Shown here: positions 1-8,763 of the stretch, in pieces
Position numbering within the stretch: the stretch's first letter is position 1
Layout of the letters: the number at the start of each line of letters is the position of its first letter
Assembly: GCA_964244895.1 (NCBI GenBank)
Contig: CAXTKV010000072.1
Coordinates: forward strand, 1 to 22,193
Source of the DNA: an uncultured Deinococcales bacterium
Lineage (GTDB): Bacteria; Deinococcota; Deinococci; Deinococcales; JAAFIG01
DNA: 22,193 bases
Direction: 5' to 3'
The notes under the pieces: model-generated
What the model saw: the letters and a program-made list of their open reading frames with translations, nothing else
What the model was told of the DNA's origin: nothing
Databases searched by the model: none
Position numbers and translations under genes: made by a program

Positions 1-1
1 C

Positions 2-358
2 GATAACTCTGGTTTCGAGTGGGTTTTCAAAGCACCAGAAGCCTTGCTCACCACCGAGCACGGCCTGAAGATCGGTACGCACGGCGCGGGCCCGTTCTGG
101 GAAGCGGTGGACGGCAGCCGCGTCAACGGTGAAGTCAAAGCGCGCGCCAACTCGAGTGACGCCAACGCGATCCCGTGGCTGCTGCTGGCCACCAAATCCA
201 CCGGCACGGACGGACTTTTCGCCAAGACCGCCTACATTCAGCGCCTGGACACGGTCGGCGGTAAGGCTCCGGCGTCCGGTTGCGATGCCAACGCCCTCGA
301 GCGCGAAGTGCGGGTCGGGTACACCGCCAACTACTACTTTTATGAATCGAATAAATGA
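2..358 (+). CDS. DUF3455-like protein, 5'-truncated (frame is open from the window edge)
   Basis: Frame 2 reads DNSGFEWVFKAPEALL..HGAGPFWEAVDGS..AIPWLLL..YIQRLDTVGGKAP..VGYTANYYFY to TGA at 356-358. These blocks resemble DUF3455 proteins. Confidence 0.75.
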   Translation, partial: DNSGFEWVFKAPEALLTTEHGLKIGTHGAGPFWEAVDGSRVNGEVKARANSSDANAIPWLLLATKSTGTDGLFAKTAYIQRLDTVGGKAPASGCDANALEREVRVGYTANYYFYESNK

Positions 359-362
359 CCGT

Positions 363-392
363 TTAACTCTGGGGCTTCGGACGTGCTAGTCT
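363..392 (+). promoter_or_regulatory. Putative sigma-A promoter for pyrG (TTAACT-18 nt-TAGTCT, extended TGn)
   Basis: TTAACT at 363-368, TG at 384-385, TAGTCT at 387-392. The spacing matches the candidate promoters at 16014-16043 and 17420-17449. Followed by GAAATCCCGG. Confidence 0.5.
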
Positions 393-410
393 GAAATCCC
401 GGAGGGCGTC

Positions 411-581
411 ATGCCGCACTGCCGGAACCAAATCAGAAATCATTCAGTCGGGCTCGAGGCTTTCCTCGGCCCGGCTCGAGTTTTGCCCGCCCGAGAGATT
501 GCTCTCGGGTTCTCGCGTTTTCGCCCCGAGCCTTCGGCGCTCTACGAATCCGAGCCACACGCTCGAGGAGGACAATCATGA
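411..581 (+). CDS. Putative 56-aa pyrG leader peptide (uORF)
   Basis: GGAGG at 401-405 and ATG at 411. Open frame MPHCRNQIRNHSVGLEAFLGPARVLPAREIALGFSRFRPEPSALYESEPHARGGQS; its TGA (579-581) overlaps the pyrG ATG (578-580). Not in the ORF track; no homology recognised. Confidence 0.35.
   Translation: MPHCRNQIRNHSVGLEAFLGPARVLPAREIALGFSRFRPEPSALYESEPHARGGQS
446..476 (+). promoter_or_regulatory. pyrG leader hairpin 1
   Basis: AGTCGGGC(T)CGAGG-CTTT-CCTCGGCCCGGCT forms a 13-bp stem with one bulge and one G-U pair, followed by CGAGTTTT. Confidence 0.5.
489..521 (+). terminator. pyrG leader hairpin 2, possible attenuator terminator
   Basis: GCCCGAGAG-ATTG-CTCTCGGGT (489-510), followed by the pyrimidine-rich TCTCGCGTTTT. 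The U-tract is imperfect. Confidence 0.4.
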
Positions 582-2233
582 AGTACATTTTCGTCACCGG
601 CGGCGTGGTCAGTTCTCTCGGCAAGGGCGTGGCGACATCCAGCATCGGGGCGCTGTTGCGCGCGCGCGGTTACAGGGTCGTGGCGGTCAAGATCGACCCG
701 TACATCAACCTGGACGCGGGCACGATGAGGCCTTACGAGCACGGCGAGGTCTTCGTCACGGCGGACGGTGCGGAAACAGACCTGGACTTGGGCAATTACG
801 AGCGCTTCATGGATGTCGAACTGAAGCGCGGCAACAACATGACCACCGGGCAGGTTTACTTGAGCGTCATCCAGAAAGAACGGCGCGGCGAGTACCTGTC
901 GCAGACGGTGCAGGTCATCCCGCACATCACCGACGAGATCAAGGCGCGCATCAAACAGCTCGCGCTCGAGGCTTTCGACGGGCAAGGCGCGGAGTTCTGC
1001 GTGGTCGAAGTCGGCGGAACGGTCGGCGACATCGAAAGCCTGCCCTTCCTGGAAGCCATCCGCACGATGCGCTTCGACGAGGGTTACGAGAACACGCTGT
1101 ACTTGCACCTGACGCTCGCGCCGCAGGTGGTGGGCGGGGAAATCAAGACCAAACCCACGCAGCACAGCGTGGCGGCGCTCCGCAGCGTCGGCATCAGCCC
1201 GGACATGGTGATGGTGCGCTCCAGGACGGTCATCCCGGACGAGCAGCGTCGCAAGATCGCGATGTTCACGAACGTCGCGCCGGACGAGGTCTTCAGCAGC
1301 CACGATGTCGAACAGATCTTCGAGGTGCCGCTCGCGCTCGAGGCGCAGGGTTTGGGGCGCGCCATCGAGCGCCGCCTGAGGCTCGAGACGATCCCGCCGA
1401 ACCTGTCCTTCTGGCACGATGCCGTCAAGAAACTGAAAAACCCAGCTTTTGAGGTTTCGGTCGCCTTCGTCGGCAAGTACGTCGCCATGCAGGACGCTTA
1501 CATCAGCATCCTGGAAGCCGTCAAGCACGCGGGCATCGCGCACAACGCGCGGGTCAACCTGAAATGGGTGGACGCCGAAAAGCTGGAAACCGCGCAGGAC
1601 GCCGAACGCGAACTCTCGGGCGTGTGCGGCGTTCTGGTCGGGCCGGGCTTCGGCATTCGCGGCATCGAGGGCAAGATTCTGGCCGCAAAATTCGCGCGCG
1701 AAAACCGCGTGCCGTACTTTGGCATCTGCCTGGGGCTGCAGATCGCGGTGGTGGAATTTGCGCGGCACGTCGTCGGCCTGGAAAGCGCCAACAGCACGGA
1801 ATTTGATCCCTACGCGGCTCATCCGGTGATCGACCTGATGCCCGAACAGCTCGAGGTCGAGGGCTTGGGCGGCACGATGCGCCTGGGCGATTGGGCCATG
1901 ACGATCAACCCCGGAACGCTGCTGGAACGCATTTATGGCACATCCGGAACGGTCTTCGAGCGCCACCGCCACCGCTACGAGGTCAACCCGAAGTACGTCG
2001 AAACCCTCAAGGATGCAGGTTTGATCGTGTCCGGCGTGACCCCCGGCAAATCTGAGCGCGGTTCGGGCCTGGTCGAGGCCATCGAATTGCCCGATCACCC
2101 GTTCTACTTCGGGCTTCAGGCGCACCCGGAATTCAAATCTCGTCCAATGCGACCCAGCCCGCCGTTCAAGGCGTTCATCGGGGCGGCGCTCGAGCAGAAA
2201 GCCAAGGTCGTGCGTTTAGAGCAGCAGCACTGA
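578..2233 (+). CDS. pyrG: CTP synthase
   Basis: N-terminal KYIFVTGGVVSSLGKG, KIDPYIN, GGTVGDIESLPF and KTKPTQHSV motifs; glutaminase triad GICLG...HPEF; SD GAGGAGG upstream. Confidence 0.99.
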   Translation: MKYIFVTGGVVSSLGKGVATSSIGALLRARGYRVVAVKIDPYINLDAGTMRPYEHGEVFVTADGAETDLDLGNYERFMDVELKRGNNMTTGQVYLSVIQKERRGEYLSQTVQVIPHITDEIKARIKQLALEAFDGQGAEFCVVEVGGTVGDIESLPFLEAIRTMRFDEGYENTLYLHLTLAPQVVGGEIKTKPTQHSVAALRSVGISPDMVMVRSRTVIPDEQRRKIAMFTNVAPDEVFSSHDVEQIFEVPLALEAQGLGRAIERRLRLETIPPNLSFWHDAVKKLKNPAFEVSVAFVGKYVAMQDAYISILEAVKHAGIAHNARVNLKWVDAEKLETAQDAERELSGVCGVLVGPGFGIRGIEGKILAAKFARENRVPYFGICLGLQIAVVEFARHVVGLESANSTEFDPYAAHPVIDLMPEQLEVEGLGGTMRLGDWAMTINPGTLLERIYGTSGTVFERHRHRYEVNPKYVETLKDAGLIVSGVTPGKSERGSGLVEAIELPDHPFYFGLQAHPEFKSRPMRPSPPFKAFIGAALEQKAKVVRLEQQH

Positions 2234-2237
2234 GTCG

Positions 2238-2287
2238 GGAACACCGTCCAGGACGCGAATTCACGATTGCGTCCTGGACGGTGTTCC
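2238..2287. repeat. Intergenic palindromic repeat copy 1 (REP-like, long form)
   Basis: Perfect 19-bp arms GGAACACCGTCCAGGACGC / GCGTCCTGGACGGTGTTCC with a 12-nt spacer, between convergent genes. Confidence 0.9.
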
Positions 2288-2331
2288 TCAGCTCTTCGAT
2301 TTTGGATACCCGAGCCGTCGTTCTGGGGCGA

Positions 2332-2787
2332 TTACTTGCGCAGCAGGAAATCCCGCCCGATGTCCTTCGCCAAGCGCCGCGCGTAGCCGCGAGGGTTGAG
2401 CGCCTGGGCGTAGGTCGGTGCGCCGAACTCGTAGCGTCTGGCGGCCACACCGTCCGAAAGGCTGGTGAGACGCGTCAGGCCGCTCCCGATCAGCGGCGGC
2501 GTGTCCGGCTGACCGTTTTGGGCGCTCCTGAAGAACTGCGTCTGGCCGGTAACGACGTACGGCGCGGCCCCGGCGGGAGGCTTGATGACCGCCGAATCGA
2601 GCACTTTGAAGCCCTCGTCCTCGAGCGCGGTCACGAGTTCGCCGCGCACCTCGTTCGAGAATTCGCCGGAAAAGCTGCCCATGATCAGCCGATCGGTCGG
2701 TTGAATCGCGTCCGATTCCGCACTCGGGGCGCAGGCCGCGAGCGAGAGCAGGGCGGTCAGGGCAGTCACGATCAATTTGGTGTTCAC
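2332..2787 (-). CDS. Hypothetical lipoprotein (~151 aa)
   Basis: GGAGGT SD then GTG at 2787. Signal peptide MNTKLIVTALTALLSLAA-C with an LAAC lipobox. No family recognised. Confidence 0.8.
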   Translation of the reverse strand: MNTKLIVTALTALLSLAACAPSAESDAIQPTDRLIMGSFSGEFSNEVRGELVTALEDEGFKVLDSAVIKPPAGAAPYVVTGQTQFFRSAQNGQPDTPPLIGSGLTRLTSLSDGVAARRYEFGAPTYAQALNPRGYARRLAKDIGRDFLLRK

Positions 2788-3147
2788 GTTGACCTCCAAT
2801 GCATCGGAGTTTAGGTCAGCTTGATGAGCGCAGGACGTGAAATATCGGGTTTTCAGACCGAAGACGTTGCGGTAGTTCGCGCCGAATGGGTTGTCCTCGT
2901 GCGAATCCCAAATTCTCGTCTGGAACGGAGCTTCATCGTCGAGGGCGAAAGCTCGAGCTCGCGTTCACGCCCAGGAGCGTTTCGAATCGCCGAGGTCGAG
3001 CCCAGTTCCTCGAGCCGAAAGCACCGCAAATAGTGTGAAAAAAGAGTGTCGCCAGGGTTCGATGGTTCAGTTTTTGACCGCAAGCGGGTTCATTTCACCA
3101 CTAGAATCGATCGGGGTGGGACGACCAGAGCAGCACGGAGCGTGTCG

Positions 3148-6099
3148 ATGCCGGACAGTCATCATTTTCGTTCGATCCGAATCCGGTACATCGTCGCCTT
3201 GACGCTCATCGTGGTGCTCAGTGTCGGCACGCACCTGTTGCGCGAATCCGTCTTGCGGGTCAGCGCAGAGGATGCCAAAACCATCAACATGGCTGGGCGT
3301 CAACGCATGCTTTCGCAGCGCATCTCCAGTCACGCTCTGGAGCTCGCCACGACGCGCGGTCGGGCTGAAACGGTGCGCGATTCGATGCGTGAAGCGTTCA
3401 ATCAGATGGAGCGCGCTCACCTGATCTTGACGAACGCGTCCGGGTCGCCGCAATCGAAGCTGAACACGGCTGCTCTTGACAGCATTTACGGGTTTCCCGG
3501 ACGACTGGATGCGCAAATGAACCGTTTCTTCGAGCGCGTCAAACGCGTGCTCGATTCGCGTCCGGGCAGCTTATCGCCGGACGATCCTGACCTGATCGAG
3601 CTGGTCGCAGAGGCTCGAGTGCCGCTCCTGCGGGGACTCGAGGCGGCAGTCAGCGCCTACCAGTCTGAAAGTCAGGGACGGATCGCCAATCTTCAACAGC
3701 TCGAGCTCGCGGCCATCGGTCTGCTGATCCTGACGATTTTCCTCGAGGCTGGGTTGATCTTCGTGCCTTTAGAGCGCTCCGTCAAACGCAATTTCGCGCA
3801 ACTCGAGCAGCGCGAAGCCAACTTCCGGGCGGCTTTTGACCTGGCCGCGACGGGTACGGCCCTGGTCGGTGCCGACGGGCGGTATTTTCGGGTCAATCGG
3901 GTTTTGTGCAAGATGCTCGGTTCGACCGAATCGGTGCTGCTGGGGAACGGAGCTGAACGGTTCACGCACCCGGATGATCGCGATCAGGATCGAAGACTCG
4001 ACCGACAGCTGCTGGCGGGCGAAATTGAAAGCTACACGCAAGAAAAACGCTACCTGCACCTCGATGGTCGCGTCGTCTGGGTGTTGGTGAACGTCGCGCT
4101 GGTGCGAACGAACGACGATCAAGCCCCCTATTTCGTTCATCACATTCAAGATTTGACCGAGCGCAAACGCGCCGAGGTCGCTGTGCAGATCAGCGAAAGT
4201 CGGTTCAGGACCGCGCTCGACGCGAGCCTGGATGCGTTTTTCGTGCTGAATAGCGTGCGTGACGGGTCAGGACAGATTGAGGATTTTGTTTTCGTCGAAG
4301 TCAACGGTGTCACGGAGAAGCTGCTCGGGCGTTCGCGCGAAGCCCTGATCGGTCAACGGTTGTGCGATCTTTACCCTGCCAACCGAAAAACGGGGTTGTT
4401 CGATAAGTACGTTCGAGTGGTTGAAGGCCGCATCCCTTTTGAACAGGAATTCGAGACGACTTCTTCCGGTCTGAGCGCGTCGTGGTTGCGCGTCCAAGCC
4501 GTCGCGCTCGAGGACGGCGTGGTCTTGACCACGCGCGACATCACCGAGCGCAAACTGGCTGAAAAGACCCTGCTCGAGAGCGAAGCGCGTTTCAGGGCGC
4601 TCTTTGAGCACAATCCGGACGGTGTCGTGCTGATCGACCCGCACGATCCGAACCATCCGTGGGCCATCGTGGATTGCAATCAAACGTTCGGGCGCATGAA
4701 CGGGTACACCCGCCAGGAACTGATTGGCCAGTCGATTGACCTGCTGCACGATCACGCCATGATGGCCGAACGAGGCGGTCACTTACTGGAATGGATTCGT
4801 GAGGCGGGAATCGCGCACGGTGAGGGCTTACACCGACACCGGGATGGTCACACATTCGAGATCGAAAGCGCTTCGAGCATCGTGACCCTCGGAGGGCGCG
4901 AACTGGTGCTGGGTCTGGATCGGGACATCAACGACCGCAAACGAGCCCAGGCGGCGCTGCTCGAGAGTGAGGCGCGATTCCGAACCGCCATGGATTACTC
5001 GCCGATCGGCAAGGCGCTGGTCAGACCGGACGGTCATTTCCTGCGCGTCAACAACGCGCTCTCCAAGATTCTGGGGTACACCCCCGAGGCATTGCTCGAA
5101 CTTGATTTTCAATCCATCACGCACCCGGATGACCTGGACGTGGATTTAACCTACCTCCAAGAAACACTGAGCGGCCAGCGCGATACCTTCGAGATCGAAA
5201 AACGCTACCGTCACCGCGAAGGCCGCGAAGTCGTGACCCAGCTCAACGTCGCGCTGGTGCGCGACGCAGACGGTACCCCGCTGTATTTCGTTTCACAGAT
5301 CCAAGACATTTCTGACCGGAAACGCGCCGATCAGGAATTGCGCGCCTTTGCCAGCCAGCTTGAGCGCAGCAACCGCGACCTGCAAGAGTTCGCGCAGGTC
5401 GCCTCGCACGATTTGCAAGAACCCCTGAGGAAAATTCAGATGTTCGGGGATCGCCTCAAGGCCAACTACGCCGGGTCGCTCGGGACGACGGGCGTGGATT
5501 ATTTGGAGCGGATGCAGGGCGCTGCCGGGCGAATGCAGGCCCTGATTCAGGATCTGCTGGCGTTCTCGAGGGTGGCCAGCAAGACCAGACCGATGGTACC
5601 CGTCAATCTGGATCAGGTCGCCAGGGAAGTCATCGATGATCTCGAGGCGCTGATCGAGCGTTCCAGGGGGCGCGTCGAGACCGGCAAACTCGGCACGATC
5701 CTGGCTGATCCGTTGCAGATGCGCCAGATGTTGCAGAACCTGATCGGAAACGGCCTGAAGTTCAACCGCCCCGATGTGATCCCGGTCGTCAAGATCGGCG
5801 CGGGCGTGATCGAAGGGGCTCAGGGTCACGTGTTCGAGCTTTTCGTCGAGGACAACGGCATCGGTTTCGACGAAAAACACCTCGAGCGCATTTTCACGCC
5901 GTTTCAACGTTTGCACACCCGAAACGAGTACGAGGGGACGGGCATGGGGTTGGCCATCTGCAGGCGGATTGCAGAGCGCCACGGCGGCACAATGAGCGCC
6001 CAAAGTGTGCTCGGTGTAGGGTCAATTTTCAGGATGGCCTTACCGATTCAATCGCTGAAAACACGTCCCGAAACCCCGAGAGAGGTACTGAATCCGTGA
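3148..6099 (+). CDS. Membrane sensor histidine kinase: TM-PilJ/NarX-like sensor-TM-4xPAS/PAC-HisKA-HATPase
   Basis: Likely start ATG 3148 after GGAG (the ORF extends to 3046). Two TM helices flank DAKTINMAGRQRMLSQRI. Four PAS-PAC units end in QDLTERK, RDITERK, RDINDRK and QDISDRK. H-box ASHDLQEPLRKI, N-box NLIGNGLKF, G-boxes DNGIGF and GTGMGL. Confidence 0.95.
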   Translation: MPDSHHFRSIRIRYIVALTLIVVLSVGTHLLRESVLRVSAEDAKTINMAGRQRMLSQRISSHALELATTRGRAETVRDSMREAFNQMERAHLILTNASGSPQSKLNTAALDSIYGFPGRLDAQMNRFFERVKRVLDSRPGSLSPDDPDLIELVAEARVPLLRGLEAAVSAYQSESQGRIANLQQLELAAIGLLILTIFLEAGLIFVPLERSVKRNFAQLEQREANFRAAFDLAATGTALVGADGRYFRVNRVLCKMLGSTESVLLGNGAERFTHPDDRDQDRRLDRQLLAGEIESYTQEKRYLHLDGRVVWVLVNVALVRTNDDQAPYFVHHIQDLTERKRAEVAVQISESRFRTALDASLDAFFVLNSVRDGSGQIEDFVFVEVNGVTEKLLGRSREALIGQRLCDLYPANRKTGLFDKYVRVVEGRIPFEQEFETTSSGLSASWLRVQAVALEDGVVLTTRDITERKLAEKTLLESEARFRALFEHNPDGVVLIDPHDPNHPWAIVDCNQTFGRMNGYTRQELIGQSIDLLHDHAMMAERGGHLLEWIREAGIAHGEGLHRHRDGHTFEIESASSIVTLGGRELVLGLDRDINDRKRAQAALLESEARFRTAMDYSPIGKALVRPDGHFLRVNNALSKILGYTPEALLELDFQSITHPDDLDVDLTYLQETLSGQRDTFEIEKRYRHREGREVVTQLNVALVRDADGTPLYFVSQIQDISDRKRADQELRAFASQLERSNRDLQEFAQVASHDLQEPLRKIQMFGDRLKANYAGSLGTTGVDYLERMQGAAGRMQALIQDLLAFSRVASKTRPMVPVNLDQVAREVIDDLEALIERSRGRVETGKLGTILADPLQMRQMLQNLIGNGLKFNRPDVIPVVKIGAGVIEGAQGHVFELFVEDNGIGFDEKHLERIFTPFQRLHTRNEYEGTGMGLAICRRIAERHGGTMSAQSVLGVGSIFRMALPIQSLKTRPETPREVLNP

Positions 6100-6551
6100 C
6101 CCAAAACCCGATCACAATCCTGGTGGCCGACGACGATCCCGACGATCGGCTTTTAATCCTCGATGCGATGCGCGAATCCCACCCTCAGAACGAAGTTGTT
6201 TTCGTCGAGGACGGCGAGGAACTGCTCGAGTACCTTCGTCAGGAGAGCCGCTATGTCGGCGGTGCGCCGCGCCCGAAGCTGATCCTGCTGGATCTGAACA
6301 TGCCCCGCAAGGATGGACGCGAAGTGCTGCGCGAGATCAAGGCTGACCCGAACTTGCGGCGCATTCCGGTGCTGGTCTTCACCACCTCGAGCAGCGAAAA
6401 GGACGTTCACAGCAGTTACGATCTGGGCGCGAATTCGTTCATCACGAAACCGGTGAGTTTCGATGGGCTGCTCAGCGTTCTGCGGTCGCTCGAGCACTAC
6501 TGGTTTCAGACCGTCAACTTGCCCAATGGTGTCACCGGGAACGACGAATGA
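6096..6551 (+). CDS. Single-domain response regulator, Rcp1-like
   Basis: ILVADDDPDD...LILLDLNMPRKDGREVL..IPVLVFTTS..GANSFITKP. The GTG start overlaps the kinase stop (GTGA). Confidence 0.95.
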   Translation: MTQNPITILVADDDPDDRLLILDAMRESHPQNEVVFVEDGEELLEYLRQESRYVGGAPRPKLILLDLNMPRKDGREVLREIKADPNLRRIPVLVFTTSSSEKDVHSSYDLGANSFITKPVSFDGLLSVLRSLEHYWFQTVNLPNGVTGNDE

Positions 6552-8650
6552 CGGACGAGTTACTGCGCGTGCTGTTGATCGACGACGACGAGGACGAGTT
6601 CGTCCTGACCAGGGATCTCGTCTCGGAATTCGAGCGCGGTGCGGTCGAGCTCGAGTGGAACGATGGTTTCGATGCGGGTCTGAGAACGATCACTGAGGCG
6701 CGCCACGATGCGATTCTGGTGGATTACCGCCTGGGCGAGCGCGATGGGCTGGAACTGTTGCGCGAGGCCAGCGCAGCGGGTTGCCGCGCCCCGATCATCC
6801 TGCTGACTGGACAGGGAAATCACGATATCGACGTGATCGCCATGCGCACCGGTGGCGCGGATTATCTGGTCAAGGGTCAGTTCTCACCCGCCGTTCTCGA
6901 GCGTGCGATCCGGCACGCGGTCGAGCGCAGTCGAACCCTGGAAGCCCTTCGGGAGAGCGAGACGCTCAACCGCGCCATCGTCGACGCGCTCGAGGAGGGC
7001 GTCCTGTTTCAGGACGAGGACGGGAATTTGCTGGCCTGCAACGCGTCGGCGGAGCGAATTCTTCAGGGCAGCTTCGTAGAGCTGGCCTCCAGGAAGGGTC
7101 GGCACGAGGAATGGAAATTGATCCGCGAGGACGGTTCGGAATTCCCTGAACCCGAACTGCCCTCAAAAATTGCGCGCAGCAGCGGGAAACCGTGTTCCGC
7201 GACGGTCGGATTCGTGGATGGAAGCGGCGAAGAGCGCTGGCTCTCGATCAACGCTCAGCCGTTGCCGCGCGTCGGTCGCAACGGAACCTACCCGGTCGTG
7301 ACTTCCATGGCCAATTTTACCGAACGAAAACGGGCTGAGGACGCGCTGCGCCGTCAGGCCATGTACGACCCGCTGACCGACCTGCCCAATCGCCGGTTGT
7401 TCATGGATCGTCTGGAGCAGGCGATCGCTTTCGCGCGACGCGGCGGCGGGTCGCTGGCGGTCGCATTTCTCGATCTGGATCGGTTCAAGCTGGTCAATGA
7501 CACCCTGGGTCACAACGCGGGTGACGCGCTCTTGCAGCAGGTTGCAACGCGCCTATTGGACGTGATGCGCCCAGACGACACCGTGGCGCGCCTCGGCGGT
7601 GACGAGTTCACGCTGATTCTGCCGGAGGTTTACACGACCGACGACATGGCCAGGGTCGCGCAGCGCATTCTCGACGCGCTCGAGGCACCGTTTGAACTGT
7701 TCGGGCAGGAATTGAAGGTCAGCGCGAGCCTCGGCATGAGTCTGTTTCAGTCCGATGGCGACGAGGCCGATTCCTTGTTGCGACACGCCGATTCCGCCGT
7801 GCGCCGCGCCAAGCTGGCCGGGCGCGGCCACTACCAGTTCTACCGCGCCCAGATGACCGAAGCGGCGCTCGAGCAGGTCACGCTCGAACGCGAATTGCGC
7901 AAGGCGCTCGAGATTGGCAGTCTGGAACTTCATTACCAGCCGCAGTACGACCTCGACAACGACAGGCTGGTCGGGGTCGAAGCCTTGTTGCGCTGGCGGC
8001 ACCCGACGCTCGGTTCGATTTCACCGGCCAAATTCATTCCGATTGCTGAAGAATCTGGGCTGATCGTACCGATTGGAACCTGGGTATTGCACGAAGCCTG
8101 CCGTCAGAACGTCGCCTGGCAGCGCGCGGGGTTCGCGCCGTGTAGGGTCGCGGTCAACGTTTCCTCGATGCAGTTCGAGCGCGTGGATCTGGTCGAAACG
8201 GTACGGCAGGTGCTGGACTTGAGCGGGCTCGAGCCGCGTTGGTTGGAACTCGAACTGACGGAAAGTCTGGTCATGCGCGATGTCACCGACACTGCCAATC
8301 AGCTCGAGCGCCTGCGCGAACTGGGCGTCAAAGTTGCGGTAGATGATTTTGGAACCGGGTACTCCAGCCTGGCGTACTTGCAGCGTTTGCCGTTGGACAC
8401 GCTCAAGATCGACCGCGCCTTCGTGATGGAACTCGGTGCCGAACGCGACACGCTGCCACTGGTGAGGGCGCTGGTGACGCTGGCTCACGGCCTGGGGATG
8501 GAAGTCGTAGCAGAGGGCATCGAGACGAGATCGCAATTCAATACCTTGCACAATCTGGGGTGCAATTTTGGTCAGGGCTTTTTGATGTGTCGTCCCGTCG
8601 AAGCCTCGAGTCTGCTCGACCGTTTCGTCAGGAACGGCATCGGGAAGTGA
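6548..8650 (+). CDS. REC-PAS-GGDEF-EAL diguanylate cyclase/phosphodiesterase
   Basis: REC domain (LLIDDDEDE, LVDY, DYLVKG) and PAS; DPLTDLPNRR, FLDLDRFKLVND, RPDD I-site and RLGGDEF; EALLRW, ELTE, DDFGTGYSSL, EGIE. ATGA overlap with the previous gene. Confidence 0.97.
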   Translation: MTDELLRVLLIDDDEDEFVLTRDLVSEFERGAVELEWNDGFDAGLRTITEARHDAILVDYRLGERDGLELLREASAAGCRAPIILLTGQGNHDIDVIAMRTGGADYLVKGQFSPAVLERAIRHAVERSRTLEALRESETLNRAIVDALEEGVLFQDEDGNLLACNASAERILQGSFVELASRKGRHEEWKLIREDGSEFPEPELPSKIARSSGKPCSATVGFVDGSGEERWLSINAQPLPRVGRNGTYPVVTSMANFTERKRAEDALRRQAMYDPLTDLPNRRLFMDRLEQAIAFARRGGGSLAVAFLDLDRFKLVNDTLGHNAGDALLQQVATRLLDVMRPDDTVARLGGDEFTLILPEVYTTDDMARVAQRILDALEAPFELFGQELKVSASLGMSLFQSDGDEADSLLRHADSAVRRAKLAGRGHYQFYRAQMTEAALEQVTLERELRKALEIGSLELHYQPQYDLDNDRLVGVEALLRWRHPTLGSISPAKFIPIAEESGLIVPIGTWVLHEACRQNVAWQRAGFAPCRVAVNVSSMQFERVDLVETVRQVLDLSGLEPRWLELELTESLVMRDVTDTANQLERLRELGVKVAVDDFGTGYSSLAYLQRLPLDTLKIDRAFVMELGAERDTLPLVRALVTLAHGLGMEVVAEGIETRSQFNTLHNLGCNFGQGFLMCRPVEASSLLDRFVRNGIGK

Positions 8651-8728
8651 AACGCCGTCGGGCTCGAGCGGCTGCGCGTCAAGATCGGTGGACGGACGCG
8701 GCGCAGTTTTGGGCGCGTTAAAACTGAC

Positions 8729-8757
8729 CTGACACCGAAGGTTTTGGCGGGTAGCCT
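8729..8757 (+). promoter_or_regulatory. Putative leaderless promoter for the second kinase
   Basis: CTGACA (8729-8734), 17 nt, TAGCCT (8752-8757), then exactly 6 nt to ATG 8764; no SD. Confidence 0.6.
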
Positions 8758-8763
8758 CAGGGC

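Noticed and set aside
361..577. Known riboswitch or Bacillus-type pyrG reiterative-transcription attenuator
   Set aside because: No aptamer consensus was recognised by eye, and the predicted start region is CCCGG rather than GGGC. An Rfam scan would be needed to exclude this fully.
542..2125. Long antisense and alternate-frame ORFs over pyrG (527 aa minus, 317 aa plus)
   Set aside because: Shadow ORFs typical of high-GC coding DNA, fully overlapping an unambiguous pyrG.
3046..3147. Upstream starts given by the ORF track for the kinase (3046), binding protein (17505) and GH5 (21139)
   Set aside because: Downstream ATGs (3148, 17562, 21178) place the TM or signal peptide at the N-terminus. 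The first two have SDs, and the 21139 start lies inside repeat copy 6.
2800..3147. Small ORFs (2821-3033, 2853-3083, 2891-3202) or an ncRNA in the divergent intergenic region
   Set aside because: No convincing SD, motifs or strong structure; best treated as a promoter region.
3148..6551. Bacteriophytochrome system
   Set aside because: The kinase core and receiver are Cph1/Rcp1-like, but no GAF-PHY photosensory module or heme oxygenase is present.
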